A stretch of 64,000 nt of DNA from Minutocellus sp. GHC0000111 (GCA_977018835.1 OZ361256.1:5766001-5830000), one strand, 5' to 3'; shown: positions 46,440-59,669, numbered from the stretch's first letter. Translations and numbers: made by a program. Notes: generated from the sequence alone by a model not told the origin.

Positions 46440-48833
46440 ATGAGGGCCCGGCCGTCGTCCCCCGCCGCCGTGATGGCGGTAACGACATGCCTCATTGCCT
46501 CGTTATTACCGGAAGTAGACTCTAGATCACTGAGTTCCGGCGCCGGTATCTTCCAACCGCGCCGATCGGTACCGTCCATCAATAATGTCAAATCGCATTC
46601 AAATTCAGCGAAAGCCAATGGCGGCGGCGGTGCCTGCCCATCATCTGCCGGGTGCTCGGCAGCTTCGCGCGCGGCTAGTAGGATACCAGGCCATGGGGAG
46701 AATTCTCTGAAAATTAACACTGCAGTATCTAATGAAAGTTGGGAGGAAGTATTGTCCCTTCGTGGCGGTGGTCTGTTTGGCGGGCGCAAGAAGGATGAGA
46801 ACGCCGCAGCCGATGGTGGTGACAATAATACTGAGGAGGACGGTGACGACGACGAGGATGGTCTGTATCCCCTAATGGATGATGCGCTGTCGGTTTCAAG
46901 CCAATTAGCAGAAGAGGCGTTGGCAGGCAACGATGATGAAGACAATATTGCAAGCGCTGATTCGCCCGACATTGAAATCGACATGTCGTCGGACGGCAAT
47001 GGCAATGATAGTCCCAGCCGCACGGTCGAGGTTCAGGCCACCTCCCGCCACCTGTTCTCCCGCGATCCCAGCAGCGGCCCAAGGCAGTCTTTCCTGTCGC
47101 GCGTCTTCCCCTCCTCCCCCATCCTCCCCACCGAGCGGTCCACCTTCCTGGCATTGTCGACCATGATGTTCCTCTTCATCTACGTCTTCACCACCGTCCG
47201 CGATACCAAGGACACCCTCGTCGTGTCGCATTGCGGTGCCGAATCCATCCCCTACCTCAAGCTGTACGGCGTGTTGCCCTGTGCCATGATGTTCATCGTG
47301 GCGTATTCCAAAGCATCCACCCTGCTGGGGAAGGAGGCGCTGTTTTATGTGACGCTGGTGCCCTTCTTCGTGTTCTACTCGTTGTTTGCCTTTGTGCTGT
47401 ATCCCAATCGAGATGCCATCCATTTTCCCAAGTTGGGTGGGGTGGAGACCGTGGCCGATGCCGCACCGGGGCCGTTGAGTTTGATCCGCTATTGGAGCTT
47501 CAGTTTGTACTTTATTGTCAGTGAGCTTTGGGCCAGTGCCGGCGTTCCCCTCCTCTTTTGGCAGGTGAGTTGTCATTTACTTTTGATTTTGATGTTGGAG
47601 ATTATGCTTCATGTATTCTTTTGGGCCATTAATTCTCACATTTTGCCACGATGTTTTTGCCATCTCTACGTCTCTGCAGTGCGCCAACGACGTTACCTCG
47701 TTGCCCCAGGCGAAGCGCTTCTACCCACTGTTTGCTGTATTTGGAAACCTTGCCCCGATCGTGTCCGGAAAGGTCATGTCGCTCCTGGTGTCGTTGCAAT
47801 AACCAAGGACGACGTCGGATTCCAATCAACTCTGCAGGGTTTGGCCTCGATCAAGAACAGCGTGTGTCTGGGCATCATTGTGCTGTATCATCTCGTGTAC
47901 GATCTGGCTGATAAGCGGCGAAGACGAGAGGAGAAGGAGCGGATGAATGACATGCTGGTCAATGCCAAGAAGGGCGATACCGTGGAGGTGGAGGTGACGT
48001 TCGGTGGCAAGACGGTGAAGAAGACCAAGCCGACCATGAGGCAGTCGTTGTCGGAGCTGTCCAAATCGTGGGAGCTGAAATCGATGGCCACCATGGTGGT
48101 GTGCTACAACCTTTGCATTGAGCTTACCGAGGTATTATGGAAGGCCCTACTGCGGAAGACGTACACGACCAAGAGTGCCTACATGGACTTTATGGCCACC
48201 TTCAGTCAGACGGTCGGCTGGGTGACCATTGTTATGCAGCTCATTGCACCCTCCATCATTCGGACGCTGGGTTGGAAGGGATCGGCCATGCTCGTACCGC
48301 TATCAATGGGTGCCTTTGCGATTTGGTTCTTCACTTCGGCGGCTGGCATCGGCGAGGCAGTTGGGTCTACTGCCTCTCCTCTGACCAACGCCCTTCTTAT
48401 TGGCACGCTTCTCAACGTCGTCAGTATGGTCACCAAGTACTCTCTCTTTGATCCGTGCAAAGAAATGGCGTACATCCCGCTCGGTTCAGAGGCCAAGATC
48501 AAGGGTAAGGCCGCCGTGGACGTCTTCGGGGCCCGGCTCGGCCGAAGCATTGGTAGTGCCAGCCAGCAGCTCATCATGTTGGCATCGGGTGGTGCCGCTA
48601 GCAGCATCATTCAGTTCGTACCGTTCCTGGGTGTGCTTTACATGACGGCCTTGGGATTCTGGTCTAATGCGGTGTGGAAGCTTGGGCATCTCTTTGAAAA
48701 GAAGTTGGAACCCGAGCAACCAAGCGCACTATCAGGCCTAATTCGGGTGCGGCTCGATAGCGACAGGGAACACATTCTTTCAGTGGAAGCGGAACATCAT
48801 CGCAGAGAAACTTATGAAAATATCTCAAATTAA
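46440..48833 (+). CDS. NTT: Plastid-type nucleotide transporter (TLC/NTT family); intron 47565-47679 and 1-nt frameshift at ~47800
   Basis: Motifs TTVRDTKDTLVV, GAESIPYLK, FIVSELW, FWQ|CANDVT…AKRFYPLF, KYSLFDPCKEMAYIPL and KGKAAVDVFGARLGRS. N-terminal signal peptide. Confidence 0.92.
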   Translation: MRARPSSPAAVMAVTTCLIASLLPEVDSRSLSSGAGIFQPRRSVPSINNVKSHSNSAKANGGGGACPSSAGCSAASRAASRIPGHGENSLKINTAVSNESWEEVLSLRGGGLFGGRKKDENAAADGGDNNTEEDGDDDEDGLYPLMDDALSVSSQLAEEALAGNDDEDNIASADSPDIEIDMSSDGNGNDSPSRTVEVQATSRHLFSRDPSSGPRQSFLSRVFPSSPILPTERSTFLALSTMMFLFIYVFTTVRDTKDTLVVSHCGAESIPYLKLYGVLPCAMMFIVAYSKASTLLGKEALFYVTLVPFFVFYSLFAFVLYPNRDAIHFPKLGGVETVADAAPGPLSLIRYWSFSLYFIVSELWASAGVPLLFWQVSCHLLLILMLEIMLHVFFWAINSHILPRCFCHLYVSAVRQRRYLVAPGEALLPTVCCIWKPCPDRVRKGHVAPGVVAITKDDVGFQSTLQGLASIKNSVCLGIIVLYHLVYDLADKRRRREEKERMNDMLVNAKKGDTVEVEVTFGGKTVKKTKPTMRQSLSELSKSWELKSMATMVVCYNLCIELTEVLWKALLRKTYTTKSAYMDFMATFSQTVGWVTIVMQLIAPSIIRTLGWKGSAMLVPLSMGAFAIWFFTSAAGIGEAVGSTASPLTNALLIGTLLNVVSMVTKYSLFDPCKEMAYIPLGSEAKIKGKAAVDVFGARLGRSIGSASQQLIMLASGGAASSIIQFVPFLGVLYMTALGFWSNAVWKLGHLFEKKLEPEQPSALSGLIRVRLDSDREHILSVEAEHHRRETYENISN

Positions 48834-48873
48834 TGTATTCTAACACATAAAATTAAGAAAAGTCACAGCTAGC

Positions 48874-51800
48874 TTACTTATGGTGCCTACGCTTCTTCGA
48901 TCCTGTGAGACCGCCCTTCTTTCCATTCTTTCTCTTCTTTGTAGCTCTATCCATGGATCGCTGGTCGTTCTTCATCCTCTTATCGACCAGCTTGATACCC
49001 TTTCCACCCTTGGTGCCGCCGCCCTTCTTGCTGACGACATATGTCTTGCCGGGCCTCTTGGCATCTTGGCCTCGCATGGCCTTGCTGATTGCCTTGAGCT
49101 TCATTGCCTCGGACAGATCGGACGAGTTGGCAACAGCCTCGGCCTTCTTCTTGGCAGCGGCAAGCTTGGTCCTAGCACGCTTGTTCTTCCTGGCCCGGGC
49201 CTCGGCGACCTTGGCAATGGGTCTCGTGGCAAGGCTGAGAAACTTCTCCTTCATTTTGACCTCGAGCTCAGGCGGAATAGGAAGCTGAGGGCGGTGGTGG
49301 CGATTCTCGTCATCTTGGAACCAATCGGGTAGATCCTCGGGATCATTCCAGGCGTATCGATTGTAGGAAGCGTCAACAAGGGCCTTAGGAAGCGTCAACA
49401 AGGGCCTTGGCCTTACTGTGGCGAAGCATCATTGTGCCCAGGGCAAGAGTGCGTGCGTAGTCATCGCTATCATAGTCTTCATTGTCGGAGTTGTAATCTC
49501 TGTTGTCCTTGATAGGGAGAGGGCCTGACGATTTCCTTGTCTCGGCGGATGAAACAACTTCAAAGCCGCCATCATCAGGTGCAGAAGCGGTGCCGCCCAT
49601 ACCAGCCTTGATGAGAGCCCTGGCCTCCTTGATCTTTTTGACTTGATGCTCATCGAGACCTTCGAGCTTTGCGTCATCGTCGTCGTCGTCGGCAAGGGCG
49701 ACCTCAAAGCCACCTTCGACCTCACCAGCAAGACGTGCTCGTCTTGCTTTTCTACGCTCCTCGCGTTCCATGGCTTTCAATCTCTTCTCGTGACGCTTTT
49801 GTTTGTCGGTTTTGGGCATCATCGCAAGCACATCGTCGGCGGTAATTTCTTCGCTCTTTTGGCGCTTGCTCGACGGCCTCTGGGCTTCTTCGTCGCTGTC
49901 ATCGTCCTCGTCGGGGCCAGAGTCGCTTTCGTAAGCACCAGCGCGGGCGTTTCCAACCTCCTCGTCGCTAGACTCGTCGGAATCAAAGTCCTCGGCAGCA
50001 CCAGATGCGCCGCGAAGATCTGCGGCCGAAGTTTGAGCCGAGATGCCGATATTCTCAAAGACCGGGTTGCTAAACCACCGAGCGGTCTTGACCGACGTTG
50101 GTTCTGATGGCAATTGGTAGATAAGAGGATTACTCTCTGCGGACTCTCGGGCCTTGACCTTCTCCTTTCGACGTGCCTCGTGTTCTTTCGGAGTAAGAGG
50201 GGCCGAGTGGAAGCCATCGTCGTCATCGTCGGAGTGCTCATCTTCATCGTCGGATGAGTCGTCGCTGTCCCTTCCTTGCTGTTGTAACATCTGAGCATAT
50301 CGCTTGGTATCACGATCGATACCCTTGGTTCCAGACTGCATCATCTCTTCGTCTTCCTTGGCTTCTTCCTCGGCCTTTTGTCTTTGCAGCTTCTTTGAGC
50401 GCTTAGCCATCTTGGTGCCACTTTTGGCGAGGCCATTCTTTGTCACCTGGAGGTACTTGTCATATGCAGAGTCGAGCTCGCGATCAAGGCTATGTTTGGA
50501 ATAGGAACGGCGAACGGGAGAGAGAGAAGAGACATGTTAGGTAACGTAAGGATAGGCACGAACATTGGCGGCAAACATCCTTTGCACAATCTGACTTACC
50601 GATTGCTGTAACCCGTGTCCTCGTCCAAATCATCTTCTTCGCCCTGGGCCTCGAGGTTATTGGGGTCGACGGCGTCATCCTCGTCGTCGTCAGAATCATT
50701 TGTCGGGAGCAGGTCCTCGTCCCGGACCTTGGCCAGATCGACCTCCCGAGCAGCTTCTAGATCACCCTTGCTCGTAATGGTCGCCAACGAAAAAATCTTC
50801 TCGTTGTCGGGAACCTCAATAGCGTTCAAATCCATTCCCAAAGCAGCCCGTTGCCTCTTCTTGGCCATGAGCTTCCTCTCCTTCTTCTTGAGCTTCTTCT
50901 TCTCTCGAAGCTTGCGCTGACGAAGCTTTTGGATTTCCTCCTGAATGAGATTCTCCTCCGTCTCGGATCCCATCTCGCTATCATCCGAGTCGTCCGATGC
51001 TGCCGAGCCATCATTGTCGCTATCATCACCGGCATCATTCTGGGCCTTGATGGCATCGATCATACGAAGCCTCCAGGTCAGCAATCCCTTGAAATCGGCC
51101 TTGTTGAGGACCTTGAGGTCGGCCACGCAGGCCTTGATCTCGGGCGACGTCTGCGCATGGTTCAAGTAGAACTTACAGTTGCACGACGGACGATCATTCT
51201 CCTCCTCTTCTTCCCCATCCTTTTTCCGATCCTGATCCTTGCACAAATGACACGAAAAGCTAAGGCCTGTGCACACACTGAGCATCGTGACGGGGTCCTT
51301 GGCTACCGCCGCGGCACCGGTGTGGGCACTATCGCCCGACTTGCCCTCGATGAAATCGGTAATCGACCCAATCGTTCGCATTGTGGCATCCATCAAGCTC
51401 ATATCATAGCCCTGCCTCGATCGAGTCTTCTCTCCGTACTTCTTGTGGAAAATGTTCATCTTACCAGTACCAGCCGCCGCCATGGCACTGGCGTCGCCGC
51501 CACCGGTGGCAGCTCCATCGACCTGCTCGAACACGTGCTTAGGATCCAACATCCGTGGGTCGATGCTGGTAGGATCGAGATAGTCCTGACACACCAAGAA
51601 AATTTCGGCGGATTGCGATCTCGACGCATTGGGCTTGACGGCCTGCACCGTCTTGAAGAACTGCTTGACCACCCAAAGGTAGCTGGAGTAATCCTGCGAG
51701 CGATAAATCTTGGTAACGAACGACCCGCCCCGCTTCAGATGTTCCGTGGCGCACTTGAGGGCGTGAAGGGCAATCTCGTTCTGCTGGTAGGCATCGCGGT

Positions 51801-52564
51801 CGTAACTGGCACCGATGTTGGGCGCACCGTCGCACAACACAACGTCGGCGGCGGCACCCTGCATCTCCGAGCGGATGGACGATTTGCACTTTTCGGTCGT
51901 AATGTCGCCGATGAGGGTGATGACGTTGGGACTGATGGCACGGATGGGAAGGATGTCGACGGCGATGACCACCTGCGATTCCTTGGACATGGACCGGCTG
52001 GCCACCTGCGTCCAACCGCCTGGGGCGGCACATAGGTCGATCACAATCTGCAATTTTGTGGAGTAGAGGGAGAAAAGAAGAGATGAAGCAATGCATGAGA
52101 TGTTGTTATGACCACATAGATTCCTCCTCTCTACATTCTTTTTACAAAAGCATTTGTTTCTTTTTCTTAATCTGGTCTCAGAGATCTTGGTGATAAAAAT
52201 CGTCGTCATGGGCTGCTAAACCACAATACAGAGTAGCAAATATGATATGTTCCTCACAGACCCAAAAGAAAAGTAAATGCTTTGTAATATCATGCGCCGC
52301 TTTTTTTCATCAAAAGGCGCACGAAATAATGGCAGCATGTGATTATGCAAAATGCATATCCACCACACTGCCATCCAATCATTCCACAGGCTACGTAGCA
52401 CCATGCAACAGTATGAAACGCACCTTGGCATTCTCAAGAAGGTGGTACTTGCGGTTGATCTGGGACAGCTTGAAGGCGGCACGGGAGCGGAGGCCCTGCT
52501 CCTTCGCCAACCTATAGTACTTGTCCTTGTCATGGAACTTCTTGCGCTTGGCGTGCTCCACCAT
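48874..52564 (-). CDS. SPB1: Pre-rRNA 2'-O-methyltransferase SPB1/FTSJ3, 3 exons; 22-nt tandem duplication at 49364-49407
   Basis: [46 protein letters not shown], and C-terminal [13 protein letters not shown]…LPDWF. Confidence 0.95.
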
Positions 52565-52750
52565 GGCTGATTATATTGGTTTTGGTTGGTTGGTTTCGAC
52601 GCAACGATCACACAGCCAGTACAGTACCGGCCAACAAAGATGTTGGCTGCAAAGAAAGTGAGATGGATCGGTCTGTTTATGTCGAGTGAGTCATCCAAAA
52701 TAGGTTAGACGAGCCATTGTCAGTTTGAATTTCTTGTGTTCATTTTTGAG

Positions 52751-55414
52751 CGGCTGCGCAAGCAGCAGGAAGAGGAGGAACGCATCCGTGCCCTGGAGGA
52801 GGCCGAGGCCAAGCGCATCGCCGAGATCGAGGCCGCCGAGGCAGCTGAGGCCAAGCGCATCGCCGACGAGAAGGAGCGCAAGAAGCAGAAGCAGAAGCAG
52901 AAGGAGAAGATCGAGCGGCAAAAGCGGGAGGGCACGTACATGACCAAGGCCCAGAAGGCCAAGGCCGCCCAGGCCCGGCAGCGGTTGGAGGCTATGGTGG
53001 CCGCCGGTATGCTCCCGCCCGATGCCCTGCAGGAGAAGAAGAAGAAGCCCGTGTATGGCAACAAGAAGAAGCAACAGCAGGAAGACAAGGCGACTGAAGA
53101 GGAGGAGGAGGCCAAGCCTGTGGAGGAAGTCAAGAAGGAGGAGCCCAAGCCCGCCGAACCGGAGCCTGAGCCCGAACCCAAGAAGGAAGAACCCAAGAAG
53201 GAAGAGGAACCCGAGAAGAAGGATGATGACGACGATGAGAGCGGTGGCAACTGGGACGATGACTCCGACTCTGGTGACGAGTGGGATGCCTCCTCGGATG
53301 ACGGTTCGGATGCCGGCGGCAAGAAGGTCGACGTTCTCGCCGAGCGACTTCGTCAGGTTTCCGGCAATCTCGACAGCGATGATGATGAGGATCTGGTCGA
53401 GGCCGAGAAGCGCAAGGAGCAGGAGCGTCTCCGTCAGCTGGGCCTGCAGCGCGCCGAGCGCGAGCGCATTGAGGAAGAGAAGCGCCAGCAGCTCCTCGCG
53501 GAAGAGGAGGAGGCCAACCGACAGGACATGATGAAAGCCCAGAAGCGAGAGGAGGGACGGAGAAAGCGAGAGGAGCAGGAGAAGGCCAACCTTGCCGCCC
53601 GCTCCCGCGACGATTTGCGCTGCCCCATCGTTGTTATTATGGGCCACGTCGATACTGGCAAGACCAAGCTCCTCGATAAGATCCGTAAGACGAACGTGCA
53701 GGGCGGTGAGGCCGGCGGTATTACCCAGCAGATCGGTGCCACCTTCTTCGAGAAGAAGACTCTGGAGACGCAGACTTCCAAATTGAACAAGACTGAAAAG
53801 TTTGACATCAATGTCCCTGGTATGCTTGTCATTGATACGCCTGGTCACGAGTCCTTTACCAACCTCCGTTCTCGTGGATCGTCTCTTTGCGATGTTGCTA
53901 TCCTCGTTGTCGATCTCATGCACGGTCTCGAACAGCAGACCATTGAAAGTCTCAACATGCTCCGACAAAAGGGCACACCGTTCGTTGTCGCACTCAACAA
54001 GGTCGATCGATGCTATGCCTGGAAGACCTGTGCCGATTCTCCCATCCGCGACGCCTTGAAGGAGCAGCCCGAGGGCACCATGTCGGAATTCCGCAGCCGT
54101 ACGACCGATGCTAAGGTCCAGCTTCAGGAGCAGGGTGTCAACTCTAACCTGTATTGGGAGATGGGCGATGATGATTGGATGAACTCTGATTTCGTTCCCC
54201 TTGTTCCCACCTCCGCTGTTACCGGTGAGGGTGTTCAGGATATTCTTCTTCTTCTGTGTCAGATGGCCCAGAGGAAGCTCTGGAAGCAGATCATGTGGTG
54301 CGCCAACCTTCAATGTACGGTCCTTGAGGTCAAGCAGATTGATGGTCTTGGTACTACCGTTGATGTGCTCGTTGTGAACGGATACCTTCGTGAGGGCGAC
54401 AAGGCAGTATTTTGTACTCTCGACGGCCCAATTGTTACCGAAATTAGAGGTCTGCTCACTCCGCCGCCAAGCCGGGAGATGCGTATCAAGGCCGATTACA
54501 TCCATCACAAGGAAGTCAAGGGAGCTCTCGGCGTCAAGCTGATCGGTAACAACCTCGAGAAGGTGATGGCCGGAACTCCCGTCATGGTTGTCGGTCCCGA
54601 TGATGAAGAAGAGGACATCAAGGCTGAAGTTATGTCCGACCTGACCCGTATCCAGGACAAGCTCAGTACAGACAAGAAGGGTGTTATGGTCCAAGCCAGT
54701 ACCCTCGGAGCCCTCGAGGCTCTTCTTCAATTTCTTCGTGAGGAGACCAAGCCCCCTATCCCTGTCAGTTCCGTTGGCATCGGTGCTATTACCAAGCGTG
54801 CTGTGACACAGATTTCCATCATGAACGGAAAGGGCTGCCCTGAGTATGCCACCATCCTTGCCTTCGATGTCAATGTTGAGCGTGAGGCTCGCGACCATGC
54901 CAATGAAATGGGCGTCCGAATCTTCACCGCCGATATCATCTACCATCTCTTTGATCAGTTCACCCGATTCATGGAGGAACTCGCCGAGAAGCGACGCGCC
55001 GATGCCGCCGCTGTCGCTGTCTTCCCCAGCATCTGCCGCATCCTCCCTTAACATGTTTTCAACCAGAAAGACCCCATCATTGTCGGTATGGAAGTTGTGG
55101 AGGGTATTCTGAAGGTTGGCACACCTCTTTGCATCCCTGCGCTGGGCGGACTTCACGTTGGCAAGGTCATTTCGATCGAGAGCAATGGCCGAGAGCAGGA
55201 AACCGCCAAGAAGGGAGCCAACGTTGCCGTTAAGATCGCCAATGAGTCCAATCCCAACATTATGTACGGCCGACAGTTCGATGCCACCCACAGTCTCTAT
55301 TCGACCCTGACCCGAGCCTCGATTGATGCCCTCAAGGCCAACTTCAAGGACAAGCTCGAGAACGAGGACTGGCGATTGGTCGTGAAGCTCAAGAAGGTCT
55401 TCAACATCATCTAA
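52751..55414 (+). CDS. eIF5B: Translation initiation factor eIF5B; start uncertain; in-frame TAA at 55049-55051
   Basis: GHVDTGKT, GEAGGITQQIGAT, DTPGHESF, NKVD, QASTLGALEALL, VFPSICRILP*HVFNQKDPI, and C-terminal WRLVVKLKKVFNI. Confidence 0.95.
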
Positions 55415-55849
55415 TAATTCTATTAGGAACGATAAGATAAGAAGAAATGTGTTGCAGTAGATCTACATGCAGAGGCTCCTCTACTCATGACCGCAGAGGC
55501 AGAAGACAGAAGATGCTCTCGGACGCCCAATAGTTTTTAGTGGCATTACTGCACTTTTAGTGGCTATCACTTCGTGTTTTTTAGAAGAGACCCGGAAAGT
55601 ATCCTTGACATCTGAGCTCCAAGATGGGCCACTTTTGTTCTCACCAAGGGCGCCCGCCGCTGTTGCCCGCGCGGTGTTGCCCGCTTCCAAACTAACCCCT
55701 GCGTCGGCTAGCTAGCTGTTTTGTTGCCACGCAGACCCGATACCTGTGTCGCCTTGGCCTCTTCTGGTCTGCTTTCGCGGCCCGACAAAACCGGCACATA
55801 TCTTTGGAAAATTTTCGGACGCTGTCCTATCCTCGAGCAACGGAAGAAC

Positions 55850-57553
55850 ATGTCAGGCAGCAGCTTATTGGCCACCGCGGGCCGTCGTCAAGTTGCGATG
55901 CTTGGTCGTCCTTCCAATGCCAATAGAAGAACGGCCATTTCCGCTACCATGGCGACCAATAGCAACAGCGGCACAAACCCTTGGGAGACGAAAATTATTA
56001 GCTCCTCACCACGTCACAGTGGAGGCAACACTTATGGAGGAGTGGCTGCAGCTGCCGGAACCTTGGCGTTGGTGTCTGCCGGAGCCTATGCGGCAGCAAC
56101 TACCAACGAAGATATAGATCTAGCGAGAACAATGGCTACCATCGAACAATCGGCAATGCATTCCGTCGAAAATATTTTAGCTACGGCACACATACAGCCG
56201 GCGCCTCCACCTGTCGTCTTCTCTTACACCGATTCGGCCCTCGTGACTGTTCATCCACCTTTATTGATGGCCCTGCAGAGCATGATATCACTTGGATTCG
56301 GAGGATCAGAAGGAGGTCCAGTCGCTGCATCTGCTAGCAGTGCTAGTCTCGGCACTTCTCAATCAACTCAAAAAGGCACGACATCATCCAACAGCGGCTC
56401 CACAGATGGCGCCGACGAGGAGGGCGTCGGATTTGGACTTCGGATGCGGAAAGTGCGTGAGTTCGTATCGGCCCAGGAATGGATGTCGACGCTCACTGGA
56501 GGACCAGTGGCATCTTCGTCGGTACAAAGCACTCACAGCACTCCAAGGCAGAACCCAGACTCGTATGAGGTGAGTGACGAGGCGAGATCGGACTCTTCAT
56601 GTTGACTTGGTTGTCCTCTCGCTCCTATCTTCCCTTCCACTAAACCAATTATTTGCTCACGCTTTCCCTCAAAATGCATGCAGGTATCTGTCTGCGCTCT
56701 AAAGGGCGGCCGCATCAGCATGGAGGACGAATATTTTCTTTCCAATGAGGGCAGGTTCGCTGCCGTATTCGATGGGCATGGTGGAGGAGGTGTCAGCAGC
56801 TACCTTCGAGATCGGCTCTACGATAAGTTCCAGCAGCACATCCGAACATACGAGTCCGATCACGACGAGTCTGGAAATCATGGAAATAATTCTGCATCAC
56901 ACCCAACCATCCCTTCGCAGGTTGCTGCCTTCCGGTTGGCATTCGATGAAGTTGAGAAAGAGGTCTGTATGAATGAAGATCTGCAGTATCAGGGATCCAC
57001 TGCCGTCGCTGTCACTGTCCACGAAGACCTAGATGGCACACGGACGCTTCTATCGGCCAACGTCGGCGATAGTCGAGCGATCCTGAGTCGTCGAGGAAGA
57101 GCCATCGACCTGACCAGAGACCACAAGCCCAACGACGAAAGAGAAAAGGCTCGAATCCTTGGTATGGGAGAGCACATTGAGTGGGATCACTATTGCAAGG
57201 TGCACAGAGTACGGAATCTCTCCCTTTCCCGAGCTATCGGTGATCGATTTGCAAAACCAGCTGTAAGCGGTGAAGTTGAGATCAAGCGATTTCCTGTCGT
57301 GGAAGGCGCCGATGAGTTTATACTCCTTGCTTCTGACGGCCTGTGGGATGTCATGTCAAGTCAGGAGGTGGTGTCCTTCGTTCACAAACGTTTGGATGCA
57401 CCGCTTAAGTTTGGAAGTCAACCAGGCGATGCTGAGAGAGCGATGAACGCCAGGAGGAGAAATATGTCGCGATTTGTCGCTAATGAAGCACTGAAGAGAG
57501 GATCCGGCGATAATGTTTGTGTCGTCATGGTCTGGCTGAAGGATGCCAATTAA
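55850..57553 (+). CDS. Protein phosphatase 2C with an N-terminal presequence-like extension; intron ~56570-56682
   Basis: Motifs GGRISMED, FDGHGG, GSTA, NVGDSRA, DHKP, LSRAIGD, ILLASDGLWDV and GSGDN. Confidence 0.9.
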
Positions 57554-57798
57554 ACATCAGAGACTCGACTCCCACTGAATACGCGGCCCCTGAACGTGCA
57601 TTAGCCATGCATGACATGCATTCTCACCATCACTTATATATACACATCATAACTTGTATTAGTAGCAACTATATAATCCCGGCACATGCGATGTACATGC
57701 GATTATTGGTATTACAATGAAATGTATGTATGTGTAGTTCAAATTTATCTTATCCTTTTTCTACAACAGATTTTCTATGGCAAGAAAAATGAAGTCGC

Positions 57799-59669
57799 TT
57801 AGTCAACCCACTTCTTGAGGACCTCCTCCTTCTTGCTCTCGACCTCCTTGGCGACCTCATCGGCGGTCATGGAGGCATACTTGGAAAGGTCAACAACCTC
57901 CTCCCAGGAGAAGAAGCGGAGACCGTCCTCAACGAAGGGCTCACGGCCGAAGTGGCAGTAGGCGGCAGTCTTGTTGTACTTGGGCTCGCGAAGGGCAAGA
58001 TCGCGGGCGAGGGCACCGGGGCGGCCATCGAACTCGATCTTGACGATGTCGGTGATGGCCTGGGCGGAGAGGCCCTCCTTCTCGGAACCGTAGGTCTCGA
58101 CGAAGAGGGAGAGGGGCTTGGCAACGCCGATGGCGTACGAGAGCTGGACGCAGGCGCGCTTGCAGAGGCCGGCCTTGACGACGGACTTGGCCATCCAGCG
58201 GCAGGCGTAGGCGGCCGAGCGGTCGACCTTGGTGGGGTCCTTTCCGGAGAAGGCTCCGCCACCGTGGGCACCCCAGCCACCGTAGGTGTCGATGATGATC
58301 TTGCGGCCGGTGAGGCCGGCGTCACCCTGAGGTCCGCCGATGATGAACTTGCCACTGGGGTTGATGTGGAGGTTGCAGGTGGCCTTGTCGTAGATGGAGA
58401 GGGCGGACTCGCCGGACTTGAGCTTGATGGACTCGAGGGTCTTGACGACGACGTGGTCGTGGATGAGCTCGTTCATCTCGGCCATGGAGGGGGCGATCTG
58501 CTCCTCACCGGTGTAGGCGGGGCGGTTGTCCTTGCCGTCCTGCTCCTCGGTGCGCTTGGCCTTGGAGGGCTCGGCGTGCTGGGTGGAGATGACGACGGTG
58601 TGGATCTTGAGGGGGTGACGGATCCGTCGGCGTGCTGCTTGTACTCGATGGTGACCTGGGTCTTGCCATCGGGGCGGAGCCACCAGAGGGAGCCATCCTT
58701 GCGGACGTCGGTGAGCTGCTTGCCGAGCTTGGTGGCAAGGAGGTGGGTGAGGGGCATGGCCGAGTCGGTCTCGTCGGAGGCGTAGCCGAACATGATACCC
58801 TGATCACCGGCACCGACGTCGAGGTCGGACTTGCCAACGTGGACACCGCCGGCAATGTCGGGGGACTGCTTGTTGATGCGAACAAGGACCTCGCAGGAGT
58901 CGCAGGAGAGACCCTTGGACTTGACGGAGCTCAGATCGTCCTCGAAGGAGTCGAAGCCAATCTCGCGGACCTGATCACGGATGATCTTCTCGTAATCGAG
59001 GTTGGCGGAGGTGGAGATCTCGCCGAAGACCTATCATTCAGAGGTAAAGTGGTACCGATCATGCATCGAACATATCCATCACAAATCATTTTGGCGGGGC
59101 ATCGAATATTGAATCGTTTTGGCGGGCGCGCGCGGTAACCAAGTAACAAATGACGGAAGCAGCAAAAAGGGAGCACAAGATGTGTTAGTTGCCATTTGAG
59201 GGAAGATATGACAAGATGCGGGGTATTGTTCCGAGGTATATCCAAAGAGGCTGATCTAATGGGTCTAATTGGCGATCTGTGCAAACATGTCGCAAACATT
59301 CGATGGGCCATTGGCACGTGCATTTGCTCATCGGCATTTGCGATTGCGCAATTGCTCGCGATCGCCAGTCCCATCCATGCACCATTTGATTGCGCCTGAC
59401 TCCACAGACGAGGGATACCATTCCAAACTAGATACCATCATTCATGAGCGTGGCCTTCGTAAAGCGATCGGGGAATATTTGTCATCTCGGAGGGAACTTA
59501 CCATGACCATGTTGTCCTTGGTGGCGGTCTCGCAGGCGACCTTGGAGAAGGGGTCGGCCTTGAGGCAGGCGTCGAGGACGGCATCGGAGACCTGATCCGA
59601 AAGCTTGTCGGGGTGTCCCTCGTTGACGGACTCGGAGGAGAAAAGGAAGTTACGCTCTTCGCAGACCAT
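57799..59669 (-). CDS. MATX: S-adenosylmethionine synthetase, MATX paralog; intron 59501-59031; 1-nt frameshift in a G5 run at ~58611
   Basis: [17 protein letters not shown] and GGGAFSGKD are present. MATX-type insertions: [15 protein letters not shown] and [10 protein letters not shown]…[15 protein letters not shown]. Confidence 0.92.

Noticed and set aside
46440..48833. NTT as an uninterrupted 797-aa ORF
   Set aside because: The conserved ANDVT…AKRFYPLF segment is in another frame. A 115-nt intron plus a 1-nt deletion coincidentally restore the frame.
58605..58620. Programmed frameshifting in MATX and other genes (9435, 31014, 42585)
   Set aside because: Each break is a homopolymer one base short, the usual long-read consensus error. 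The same error type separates the two eIF4A arms.
9120..59669. A chromatin/cofactor gene cluster (PanK-Tudor, HDAC, GNAT, MATX)
   Set aside because: The genes are spread over 50 kb among unrelated housekeeping genes and across an assembly gap.
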